A stretch of DNA of 64,000 bases, taken from contig JAFTOU010000004.1 of assembly GCA_017463615.1 (NCBI GenBank), positions 29,319-93,318 on the forward strand, given 5' to 3'. Below the pieces are notes generated by a model. That model was not told where the DNA came from. It saw only the letters and a list, made by a program, of their open reading frames with translations, and ran no database searches. Position numbers and translations under genes: made by a program. This DNA comes from Alistipes sp. Lineage in GTDB: Bacteria > Bacteroidota > Bacteroidia > Bacteroidales > Rikenellaceae. This document shows positions 39,421 to 47,974 of the stretch, piece by piece. Numbering within the stretch: position 1 is the stretch's first letter; every line of letters starts with the position of its first letter.

Positions 39421-40635
39421 ATGAGTAAAATAACAAAAATTTGCGGTCAAGCCTCCACCGCCACCGACCCCTACAGCTATCGTGCGGGCAGGGTTGAGAG
39501 TCGCCAATTTTGGCGCTGGGGCAGCGACAACCGCCTGCCGCAGCTGCTCTCGGCGGTCTCGCGCTGCTCCACGACCCACCGCCGAATAATCAACGACAAG
39601 GCGGACTACATCTCGGGCAAGGGCTTTGTCTTTGACAGCTCACAGCCCCTGCTTGAGCAGTTTGTCGGGCGCGTGAATGGGTCGGGAGAGTCGTTGCGCC
39701 AGCTGATAAACAAGGTGGCCTTTGACAAGGCGCTCTTCGGTAACGCCTTTGTGGAGGTTGTTACCGATGCCGACCACACCTTCCTCTCGCTCTACCATCA
39801 GGATGCTGTGCGCTGTCGCGTGGCGAAGGACTCCGAGCATATCCTTATGCACCACGACTGGGATACCTTCAAACCTCAGGAGGCCATTAGCCTGCCGCTC
39901 TATCCCGCCTTTGAGTCGCAGGAGGATGGCACGCTGCGCTCTATAATCCACTACAAGGACTACGAGCCGGGCTTTGAGCACTACGGCGTGCCGCCCTATA
40001 TCGCGGGCCTTGGTGTGAGCGCAATAGCCTATAAGACAGACCGTTGGAACATCTCACGATTGGACAACTCCTTCCAGCCCTCGGGCGTTATGATTCTGGA
40101 CGATGTGGTGGATAGCGAGGCGGAGGCGGAGCGTATTGTCCGCAATGCCGAGGAGCGCTTCTCAGGCAGACCCGGTCAGGTGATGTTCGTGGTCAAGGAT
40201 GGTACGGAGAGCGATAAGTCGCGCTTTGTGCCCATATCGTCGGACAACGACGGCGACTGGGCGGCGCTACATACGCAGGCGACCAACGATATTGTGGTTG
40301 CGCACTCGTGGTTTCGCTCGCTCAGCGGTCTGGACTACGCCACGGGCTTCAACTCCGAGCGAATACTGCACGAGTACGAGATTGCCCTCAACACCGTAAT
40401 CCTGGGCGAGCAGGCGGAGTTGCTTGAGCCGCTGCGCGAGGTGGTGGAGCGCGTGCTGGGGGTAGATACCTCCTCGTTAGAGTTTGTCAATCGCCCACCG
40501 ACTCGCTCCAAGCCTATATATATGAAGGTGTGGGAGGCTCGCCGTGCCGATGGCCTGGAGTACGACCCTCAGGATGAGGAGCAGCAGTGCTTCCTGTCAG
40601 AAATCACAAAGTATAATGTAACAAAAATCGGATGA
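39421..40635 (+). CDS. Phage portal protein
   Basis: WGSDNRLPQLL....STTHRRIINDKADYISGKG, VAFDKALFGNAFVEV, HYGVPPY, NSFQPSGVM are Bacteroidetes-phage portal-like motifs; 404 aa. Confidence 0.85.
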   Translation: MSKITKICGQASTATDPYSYRAGRVESRQFWRWGSDNRLPQLLSAVSRCSTTHRRIINDKADYISGKGFVFDSSQPLLEQFVGRVNGSGESLRQLINKVAFDKALFGNAFVEVVTDADHTFLSLYHQDAVRCRVAKDSEHILMHHDWDTFKPQEAISLPLYPAFESQEDGTLRSIIHYKDYEPGFEHYGVPPYIAGLGVSAIAYKTDRWNISRLDNSFQPSGVMILDDVVDSEAEAERIVRNAEERFSGRPGQVMFVVKDGTESDKSRFVPISSDNDGDWAALHTQATNDIVVAHSWFRSLSGLDYATGFNSERILHEYEIALNTVILGEQAELLEPLREVVERVLGVDTSSLEFVNRPPTRSKPIYMKVWEARRADGLEYDPQDEEQQCFLSEITKYNVTKIG

Positions 40636-41108
40636 TGAATACCCTAATTACACCCCAGCAGGTGGTAGATATCGCCTTTGCGGGCTCATTTTACCTCTCG
40701 CCGCAGAGTATCGGCAGCGCAGATATTGTAGCCGCCACGGCGCGATATGTTGAGCCTATTGCGGGTCGGGCGTTGATAGATGCCCTCGCGGAGGGGAAGT
40801 ACGCCGAGCTGCTTGAGAGCTATGTCGTCCCCGCCCTCGCCTTTGCCGTCAGGGCACTGGTGCAGCCCGCCCTTGCCCTGCGTATGGGTGAGGGAGGACT
40901 CGCTGCCCCGCGCACAGAGAGCTCAACAGCCCCCACCTCGGAGGCTACAAGGGCGCTGCAACGCTCCGTCACAAAGCGTGCTCGGCAGCATCTGCACCGA
41001 CTCTCGGACCACCTGAACAACAACGCTTCGCTATATGCGGAGTATGACCCTAAGTTGAACATTCTAAATCGTTGCTCTATAGATGGAGGCCTTGTACAGA
41101 CTTTTTAA
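40632..41108 (+). CDS. Putative head-tail adaptor protein
   Basis: MNTLITPQQV...YVEPIAGRALIDAL...LLESYVVPALAF helical pattern; coupled to the portal gene. Confidence 0.5.
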   Translation: MMNTLITPQQVVDIAFAGSFYLSPQSIGSADIVAATARYVEPIAGRALIDALAEGKYAELLESYVVPALAFAVRALVQPALALRMGEGGLAAPRTESSTAPTSEATRALQRSVTKRARQHLHRLSDHLNNNASLYAEYDPKLNILNRCSIDGGLVQTF

Positions 41109-41511
41109 CTCGCTCTTCCTCTCACTTGTCGCCCTCTTTGCCCCTGTGCAGTCGGTGATATACTGCGCCCTGAGCTTTGTTGCCGTGGATTTCGTCAGTG
41201 GTGTGCTTGCCTCGCGCGCCACGGCACACAGAGAGGGTCGCAAGTGGTACTTCGAGAGCCGCGAGGCGTGGCGAACACTCTATAAGACGGGCTTTGTCAC
41301 CCTCGCCATCGCCCTTATGTGGGCATTGGAGAGCTGCGTGCTCAACTTCGTAACCCTGAACCTCACTAAGCTCTTCGCCGGCTTTATCTGCTCGGTGGAG
41401 ATGTGGTCGTTCCTTGAGAACGCCGCTCAGCTCTCTGACGCGCCACTATTTGAGTGGATGAGAAGATATTTACACCGTAGAATTGAAAAACAGATAGATA
41501 ATGTCAAGTAG
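41083..41511 (+). CDS. Phage holin family protein
   Basis: TM helices with VAVDFVSGV, AWRTLYK, ICSVEMWSFLEN (holin-4-like) and a basic C-terminus. Confidence 0.8.
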   Translation: MEALYRLFNSLFLSLVALFAPVQSVIYCALSFVAVDFVSGVLASRATAHREGRKWYFESREAWRTLYKTGFVTLAIALMWALESCVLNFVTLNLTKLFAGFICSVEMWSFLENAAQLSDAPLFEWMRRYLHRRIEKQIDNVK

Positions 41512-41920
41512 ATTAAGCCGAGGTCTTCGCAATCTCAACCCTGGAAATATCCGCCGCTCCAAAACCCGCTATAAGGGCGAGAAGAGTCACTCCACCGACC
41601 CCGCTTTCAAGCAGTTTGAGAGCCTTGAGTGGGGATATAGGGCGGTATTTATGCTGCTGCACACCTATCGCGTGCGTGGCTATGGCGACACTATCGCTAC
41701 GATGATTGCTCGCTACGCTCCACCCTCGGAGAACGATACTCAGGCGTATATCAACCGCCTTGTTCGCGCCACAGACATCGCCGCCGATGCCCCGCTTGAT
41801 ACGCTCAGTGGCGAGCAGATGATACCCCTCGTCTGCGCCATCTCGGCAGTTGAGAACGGCGTGGCGGCAGATAGGGAGGCGGTCACTCGTGGCTGGGAAC
41901 TCTTTATTTCATCTTTATAG
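41501..41920 (+). CDS. P5-like phage protein, putative lysozyme-fold endolysin
   Basis: RGLRNLNPGNIR, FKQFESLEWGYRA, IARYAPPSENDTQAY, AISAVENG motifs; follows the holin. Confidence 0.75.
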   Translation: MSSRLSRGLRNLNPGNIRRSKTRYKGEKSHSTDPAFKQFESLEWGYRAVFMLLHTYRVRGYGDTIATMIARYAPPSENDTQAYINRLVRATDIAADAPLDTLSGEQMIPLVCAISAVENGVAADREAVTRGWELFISSL

Positions 41921-43055
41921 CGAGTAGATGGGTGCCGATGCGCGTAAAACACCAGCGGGAGTCGGCACCCTCTTTTGCTGAGAATTTACGGCATATCTCG
42001 CTGTTGGATAGCGGGAAGTCACGACGGAATATCTCTATGCGCTGCCCCTTTAGCGCTCGCTTAAGCTCCTTATTACCAACCTCATAGATAGCCTCAATGC
42101 CGAATGTGCGACCCACAACACCCTCTGGATACTCGGTGCTCAGTGCCACACCGTTATTACTCCACACATCGGCCTTGCCCATAAAAGCAGCGGCGGTGAG
42201 GCGGGAGTGGACGAGTGCCACATCGGGCAGTGTTATATAGTGGTATGAGTCAAAATTTTCGGGCACCTGCGCAAAGCTGTAGTTGCTAAGGTCGCTATAG
42301 CGGATAGCGAAACTTCCGATGCCGATAGCTGTGGCTGAGAGCCTTGGCTCGCCATCCTCTATGTGGATATTCACCTCCTTGCACTCGCCACCGAGGGAGA
42401 CGGTCTGCACGGAGCACTGCTCAAACTTACGGAACGCCTCGGCAGTGTCAAAGAGTGGCGAACACTTGATGCAGATTTTGTCGCCCACCTCGCGCAGACG
42501 GGGATATAGGGCGACCATATTTGGCGAACAATCCTCAAGCAGCACCCTTCGCTCACCACTCTCCGAGCGGCGGTCGGGGTCGGCAAATATCCAGTCAAAG
42601 TGGTCGGTTGTCGCTGCCAAATACTCCTCGGCAGATGCGCAGATAACCTCCACATTCTCAGCCCCTAACAGCTTGAGGTTGTGGCGCGTAACCTCAGCCA
42701 GCACCTCGTCGCGCTCTAAGGATACGACCCTTCTGAACTTGCGCGACAGAGATAGCGTATCAACGCCCAAGCCGCAGGTCAGGTCAAGGACAGACTCGCC
42801 CGTAAGTTGCTTATTTATAGCACATTGCTCGCTGGATGACTGCTCGTATGCACGCGGAGGCAGTATCGCCCTTACGGCATAGTATGACGGCAGCTTAGCC
42901 CTTGCCCTCTGCAGGCGTTTTACCTGCGTGGCGACTAACGAGGCGTGGTCAAGATGCTTGTCAAGCGCAATATCTATCGGGTTGCACTCTATGCGCTGGC
43001 AGATAGCCTCTCGCACCTCTGGGCGGGTTAATATCTGAAACTGCTCGGCTGTCAT
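41904..43055 (-). CDS. Class I SAM-dependent methyltransferase with THUMP-like domain
   Basis: EQSSSE, VLDLTCGLGVD, WIFADPDRR, IKCSPLFD, GECKE motifs; C-terminus overlaps the lysin gene by 17 nt. Confidence 0.8.
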   Translation of the reverse strand: MTAEQFQILTRPEVREAICQRIECNPIDIALDKHLDHASLVATQVKRLQRARAKLPSYYAVRAILPPRAYEQSSSEQCAINKQLTGESVLDLTCGLGVDTLSLSRKFRRVVSLERDEVLAEVTRHNLKLLGAENVEVICASAEEYLAATTDHFDWIFADPDRRSESGERRVLLEDCSPNMVALYPRLREVGDKICIKCSPLFDTAEAFRKFEQCSVQTVSLGGECKEVNIHIEDGEPRLSATAIGIGSFAIRYSDLSNYSFAQVPENFDSYHYITLPDVALVHSRLTAAAFMGKADVWSNNGVALSTEYPEGVVGRTFGIEAIYEVGNKELKRALKGQRIEIFRRDFPLSNSEICRKFSAKEGADSRWCFTRIGTHLLAIKMK

Positions 43056-43058
43056 ACG

Positions 43059-44081
43059 CTAACTCTCTGTGGTACTCAGTAGTCCGCACGCCGCCTTGAT
43101 ATCCTCGCCGCGGGAGGCACGGATGGTGGTCATTATGCCGCGTGCTGTGAGGGCATCGCGGAAGGCGACAATCTTCTGCTGCTCGGGCGAGAAGTATGGC
43201 GAGCCGGGAATCTTGTGAAAGCGGATAAGGTTTATGCGGCACTTGATGCCGTTGAGTAGGCGGCAGAGCTCCTTGATATGCTGCGGGGTGTCGTTCAGCC
43301 CGCTCATAACGATATACTCAAACGATACTCGGCGCTGATGTGTGAAGTCATATCGGCGCAGGGTCTGCATAATGTCGGCGATAGGGTAGGCACGCTCAAT
43401 AGGCATAATCTGCGCGCGCTGCTCGTGGAATGGATTGTGGAGCGATATGGCAAGGTGCACAGAGGTGCTCTCAAGGAATCGCTCAAGCTCGCGACCCACG
43501 CCCGAGGTAGATACCGTAATGCGCGTTGGTGACCATCCGTAGCCCCACTCGGCAGTCATAATCTCTAATGCCGCGAGCAGGTTCTCCATATTGTCAAATG
43601 GCTCGCCCATACCCATGTAGACCACATTGGTGAGTGTTTCCCGCTCAGGCAGTGAGGCTATCTGGTTGAGTATCTCGCACACCGAGAGCGAGTGTATCAA
43701 CCCCATGCGTCCCGTAGCGCAGAAGTCGCAACCCATGCGGCAGCCCGCCTGTGAGGAGACGCAGAGCGTTGCGCGCTCGCCATCGGGAATATATGCCGAC
43801 TCGATAGCCGCCCCCTGACTGGTCTTGTAGAGGTACTTCTTCGTCCCATCTGCCGAGGTGGTGACCTTCACTGGCGGGGTAAGACCTACGCAGTAGCGCT
43901 CGCTCAGCTTGGCGCGGTTGGCCTTAGATAGGTCGCTCATCTGCTCAATATCCGTAGCTCCACGACGGTAGAGCCATCCGGCAATCTGCTTGGCCGCAAA
44001 GCGGGGCATAGCAAGCTCGGCGCAGAGGCTCTGCAGCTGGGCGAGAGTCATACCATAAAGTGGCTTTAGTGGGGTGCTCAT
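43059..44081 (-). CDS. rlmN: Dual-specificity RNA methyltransferase RlmN
   Basis: CVSSQAGCRMGCDFC, VYMGMGEPFDN, ITVSTSG, LAISLH, DIKAACGLL motifs; start at ATG 44081. Confidence 0.95.
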   Translation of the reverse strand: MSTPLKPLYGMTLAQLQSLCAELAMPRFAAKQIAGWLYRRGATDIEQMSDLSKANRAKLSERYCVGLTPPVKVTTSADGTKKYLYKTSQGAAIESAYIPDGERATLCVSSQAGCRMGCDFCATGRMGLIHSLSVCEILNQIASLPERETLTNVVYMGMGEPFDNMENLLAALEIMTAEWGYGWSPTRITVSTSGVGRELERFLESTSVHLAISLHNPFHEQRAQIMPIERAYPIADIMQTLRRYDFTHQRRVSFEYIVMSGLNDTPQHIKELCRLLNGIKCRINLIRFHKIPGSPYFSPEQQKIVAFRDALTARGIMTTIRASRGEDIKAACGLLSTTES

Positions 44082-44245
44082 ATATGCGTATTGGTTATAA
44101 TTCTTCACAAAAGTATAGATTTTTCGCGATTTTTTTATAAGATTCTCTTTTTTTTGAAAAATAATCTTTATATTTGTACCAAAGTATGCACGCGTAGTGT
44201 TGGACGGGTGCTGTAGTGTGACAAATAATTAAAACTTAACTTATA

Positions 44246-44929
44246 ATGGAAATTAAGAAAAATCCTAAGGTTGATGTCAATAACAAGCGTATGGTTATGC
44301 TTGAGATTGGCTTGATTCTTGCGCTGCTCGCAGTTATCGCAGCGTTCCTCTACGCTCCAAAGGAGGTTGAGGTTGAGAAGATTGATATTAATTACGGTCC
44401 TGTGGAGGAGCAGATCACCGAGATCACCCGCCAGGAGGAGCAGCGTCAGGAGCCTCCAAAGAAGACCGAGATTACCGTTATCACCGATGTGCTTAACATC
44501 GTAACTAACGACGAGAAGATTGAGACTGGCTTTGACTTCGCTGAGTTTGACGAGGATGTAGAGATCGTTCAGCAGGTAGCAGTTGAGGAGGAGGTTATTG
44601 AGGAGGATCAGCCATTCGTAAAGGTAGAGGAGATGCCTTCATTCCAGGGTGGTGACCTGCAGACCTTCCGTAACTGGGTACAGAGCAAGGTTCGTTATCC
44701 ACAGATTGCTCAGGAGAACAACATCTCTGGTCGTGTATTCCTTATGTTCGTGGTAGAGCGCGATGGTACTCTGACAAACATCCAGGTGCTCCAGACTCCA
44801 GACTCTTCACTCTCTGACGAGGCTATTCGCGTGCTTAAGACCTCTCCAAAGTGGAAGCCAGGTAAGCAGCGTAATCAGACTGTGCGAGTTAAGTATACAT
44901 TGCCAATCGACTTCCGTATCCAGAACTAA
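44246..44929 (+). CDS. tonB: Energy transducer TonB
   Basis: N-terminal TM helix, acidic/Pro linker, VEEMPSFQGG, YPQIAQENNISGRV, WKPGKQR C-domain. Confidence 0.9.
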   Translation: MEIKKNPKVDVNNKRMVMLEIGLILALLAVIAAFLYAPKEVEVEKIDINYGPVEEQITEITRQEEQRQEPPKKTEITVITDVLNIVTNDEKIETGFDFAEFDEDVEIVQQVAVEEEVIEEDQPFVKVEEMPSFQGGDLQTFRNWVQSKVRYPQIAQENNISGRVFLMFVVERDGTLTNIQVLQTPDSSLSDEAIRVLKTSPKWKPGKQRNQTVRVKYTLPIDFRIQN

Positions 44930-45041
44930 TCTGTTCTAAGCCGTTCTGCTGCGTTACTCTTGATTTCAAAATCCTCACATACGCTCGGTATGCTGCGGTT
45001 TTGAAACCTGCAAAAGCCTTCAGAACACCTTATAACAAATT
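44930..45041. repeat. Palindromic element family B, copy 2
   Basis: gcgttactcttg...aaaatcctca-catac-gctcg-gtatg-ctgcggtttt...gcaaaagcctt. Confidence 0.8.
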
Positions 45042-45069
45042 AGTTTACTAAGCGGAAAAGTTAAATATC

Positions 45070-45095
45070 AGGGGGTTCATTTGAGCCCCCTTTTT
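45070..45095 (+). terminator. Intrinsic-terminator-like hairpin after tonB, just before hflX
   Basis: agggggttca-tt-tgagccccct followed by tttt. Confidence 0.6.
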
Positions 45096-45107
45096 CTGAA
45101 ATAGCAG

Positions 45108-46322
45108 ATGGACAACAACAAGAATAACAAACCCACCGAGGTGGTAGAGCAGACCGAGACTCGCGCCGTGCTTGTTGCCGTTATTCGCGACTCGCAGGAC
45201 CCCCGTCAGGCTACTGAGTTCCTTGACGAGCTTGAGTTTCTGGCCCTCACAGCCTCTATCACTACCGTAAAGCGATTTACTCAGCGACTGCCGCAGCCCT
45301 CGTCGCGCATATATGTAGGCCCCGGAAAACTTGAGGAGATTGCCACCTACTGCGCTGATAATGAGATAAATGTGGTTATTTTTGACGACGAGCTCTCCCC
45401 TTCGCAGACCCGAAATATTGAGGCAGCGATGCCTTGTCGTGTCATTGACCGTACGCGCCTAATTTTGGATATCTTCCACCAGCGCGCACAGACCGCCTAC
45501 GCCAAGACGCAGGTAGAGCTTGCGCAGTGCGAGTATATGCTGCCGCGCCTGACGGGTATGTGGACCCACCTTGAGCGTCAGCGAGGAGGTACTGGTACGC
45601 GAGGAGGTGCTGGTGAGCGCGAGATTGAGACCGACCGTCGTATCGTGCGCAACCGCATAGCCAAGCTCAAGGAGGATTTGAAGAAGATTGACAAGCAGAT
45701 GGCCGTTCAGCGCTCCAATCGTGGCTCTATGGTGCGCGTGTCGCTGGTCGGATATACCAATGTGGGCAAGTCTACGCTGATGAACCTTATCGCCAAGAGC
45801 GAGGTCTTTGCCGAGAATAAACTCTTCGCAACCCTTGACACTACGGTGCGCAAGGTGGTCTTTGACAACCTGCCCTTCCTGCTCTCCGATACCGTAGGTT
45901 TTATCCGCAAGCTCCCTACGCAGCTCATTGAGTCCTTCAAGTCTACCCTTGACGAGGTGCGCGAGGCTGACCTGCTTATCCATGTTGTGGATGTCTCGCA
46001 CCCGCAGTTTGAGGATCAGATAGATGTCGTTAAGCAGACCCTGCAGGATATCGGCGCGGGCGATAAGCCTGTATATCTGGTCTTTAATAAGATTGACGCC
46101 TATACCTATATTAAAAAAGAGGAGGACGACCTGACCCCTGCCACCAAGGAGAACCGCTCGCTGGACGATTTGCGCCAGAGCTGGTTTGCACGCCAGAATA
46201 CGCCGTGCATATTCCTCTCGGCACGCGAGAAGATGAATATAGACAAGTTCCGCCGCGACCTCTACGGTATGGTGCGCGAGATACACTGCGGTAGATACCC
46301 ATTTAATAACTTCTTGTACTAA
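45108..46322 (+). CDS. hflX: GTPase HflX
   Basis: LILDIF..RA, QVELAQ, HLERQRGG, GYTNVGKSTL, LFATLD, DTVGFI, NKID motifs. Confidence 0.95.
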   Translation: MDNNKNNKPTEVVEQTETRAVLVAVIRDSQDPRQATEFLDELEFLALTASITTVKRFTQRLPQPSSRIYVGPGKLEEIATYCADNEINVVIFDDELSPSQTRNIEAAMPCRVIDRTRLILDIFHQRAQTAYAKTQVELAQCEYMLPRLTGMWTHLERQRGGTGTRGGAGEREIETDRRIVRNRIAKLKEDLKKIDKQMAVQRSNRGSMVRVSLVGYTNVGKSTLMNLIAKSEVFAENKLFATLDTTVRKVVFDNLPFLLSDTVGFIRKLPTQLIESFKSTLDEVREADLLIHVVDVSHPQFEDQIDVVKQTLQDIGAGDKPVYLVFNKIDAYTYIKKEEDDLTPATKENRSLDDLRQSWFARQNTPCIFLSAREKMNIDKFRRDLYGMVREIHCGRYPFNNFLY

Positions 46323-46978
46323 TGATACACATCCTTGACTCTCAGAACTCGGTGGTTAATAACTACTTAGCTCAGCTGCGCGACACCTCGGTGCAGACCG
46401 ATAGTATGCGCTTCCGCCGAAATGTTGAGCGCATAGGCGAGATTATGGCTTACGAACTCTCTAAGACCCTCAACTACGCCCCTCAGAGCGTCACCACCCC
46501 GCTGGCAACCGCTACGGTAAACCTGCCTAAGGAGCAGATTGTCCTCGCAACCATCCTGCGCGCGGGACTGCCTCTGCATCAGGGACTTATGAACTACTTT
46601 GACGATGCCCAGAACGCCTTTGTCTCGGCATATCGCAAGGGACTTACCGAGAGCGACTTTACCATCGCCCTTGAGTACCTCGCCTCCCCATCCCTTGAGG
46701 GCAAGGTGCTTATCCTCGCCGATACTATGCTCGCCACGGGCGCCTCTATGGTCGCTGTCTATCAGGAACTTATCGCCCGCTGCGGCAAACCCCTGCATAC
46801 CCATATCGTCTCCGTCATCGGCTGCCCCGAGGGCGTCAAGATGATTCAGGATAATATAGATTTGTCCCACGACGCCACCCTCTGGGTCGCTACCGTAGAT
46901 GATTTTCTCAACGAGAATAAGTATATCGTTCCGGGACTGGGTGACGCTGGTGACCTCTGCTACGGAGAGAAGATGTAA
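46322..46978 (+). CDS. upp: Uracil phosphoribosyltransferase
   Basis: FRRNVERIG, ILRAGLP, LILADTMLATGAS, YIVPGLGDAGD motifs. Confidence 0.93.
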   Translation: MIHILDSQNSVVNNYLAQLRDTSVQTDSMRFRRNVERIGEIMAYELSKTLNYAPQSVTTPLATATVNLPKEQIVLATILRAGLPLHQGLMNYFDDAQNAFVSAYRKGLTESDFTIALEYLASPSLEGKVLILADTMLATGASMVAVYQELIARCGKPLHTHIVSVIGCPEGVKMIQDNIDLSHDATLWVATVDDFLNENKYIVPGLGDAGDLCYGEKM

Positions 46979-47103
46979 TTTGGCGTGATAAGGGGCATAC
47001 CTGCTTCCGCTAGCTAAAAAAATGACTCTGGCTGTACGCTCCTGTACTATCCAGAGTCATTTTTTTACCCGAGCGTTGCATCTAACCCCTTCTGACGCCA
47101 AAA
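46979..47103. repeat. Palindromic element family A, copy 4
   Basis: tttggcgtgataagggg...ccccttctgacgccaaaa IR; perfect inner stem aaaaaatgactctgg/ccagagtcatttttt around ctgtacgctcctgtactat. Confidence 0.8.
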
Positions 47104-47350
47104 TGGATGGTGCAGGGGGGCACGCCAAATTGGGTGGTGCAGAGGATTCATACCAAATTGGTGCACAGAATAACCGACGGTGTAAGCTTGAATAGCGTAG
47201 CGTCGCGCCAGCGACCCTTAGTAACCCTTAGTGCTCTTTAATATCCCTTAATAAATTCTACTGAAAAAGCTATAGCTAAAGCCTAACTATTGTGCTATCA
47301 ATATTTTTCACTATCTTTGTAAAGGACTAACCACCTAAAACGATTCAACT

Positions 47351-47920
47351 ATGAAGAGATTTACTCTGTTTGTTTTATGCGCCCTCTTTACATCTGCCAC
47401 TTGGGCTCAGGATGTTACAGCGCAACAGCCGCCAGTTAAGTTCCAGAGCTATATGACTTTAGGAGTGAATTTTGCCACATCGGGAGCTGGCCCTATTTTT
47501 AACGCGGGGTGTGGTGTAAAGGTACATGACTTCTTCTATGCAGGTTTTGAAACAGGTCTTTACACATTCCTTGCGCCATACAAGAAGGTCTACCACTACA
47601 ATAGTGGAACTGTGGAGGCTGAGAAAGGGTCGTATACAAATACGGCAGTGCCTTTGGGTATCAATATGAAAGGCTATATAACAAAAGATACTGTGGTTAT
47701 TCCGTATATAGACTTCTCATTTGGGTTCTTGTTCGGCTCGTTTACTGATGTTGAGTCGGCAGATTATGATTATGTTGATACTTACAATGTAGATTTTGGA
47801 TGCAAGGTGGGTTTAGGCGTTGATTATAAAAGGCTTACTATAGGCGCTGGTTATTCCTATCTTGTAGATTATGGAGCACACTGCGGCTATATTCAGTTTG
47901 GTGTTCGCCTTGGCAAATAG
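47351..47920 (+). CDS. Small outer-membrane beta-barrel (porin-family/OmpA-TM-like) protein
   Basis: Signal peptide; alternating aromatic strands, PYIDFSFG, GLGVDY; visibly lower GC than its neighbours. Confidence 0.65.
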   Translation: MKRFTLFVLCALFTSATWAQDVTAQQPPVKFQSYMTLGVNFATSGAGPIFNAGCGVKVHDFFYAGFETGLYTFLAPYKKVYHYNSGTVEAEKGSYTNTAVPLGINMKGYITKDTVVIPYIDFSFGFLFGSFTDVESADYDYVDTYNVDFGCKVGLGVDYKRLTIGAGYSYLVDYGAHCGYIQFGVRLGK

Positions 47921-47974
47921 TCGTAGGCGAGCAAAGAAAAAGGGGAGTGCAGTACAGATGCGCTCCCCTTTCTG

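Noticed and set aside
32579-41920. Complete, inducible temperate prophage
   Set aside because: No integrase, repressor, replication, terminase or tape-measure gene is visible, there are no att repeats, and the block is only ~9.3 kb. A simple decayed prophage cannot be excluded, but the ORFs appear intact.
32579-41920. Tailocin / contractile injection system / encapsulin
   Set aside because: No sheath or baseplate wedge genes are recognisable. A portal, prohead protease and adaptor argue for a DNA-packaging-type head rather than a headless tailocin or an encapsulin.
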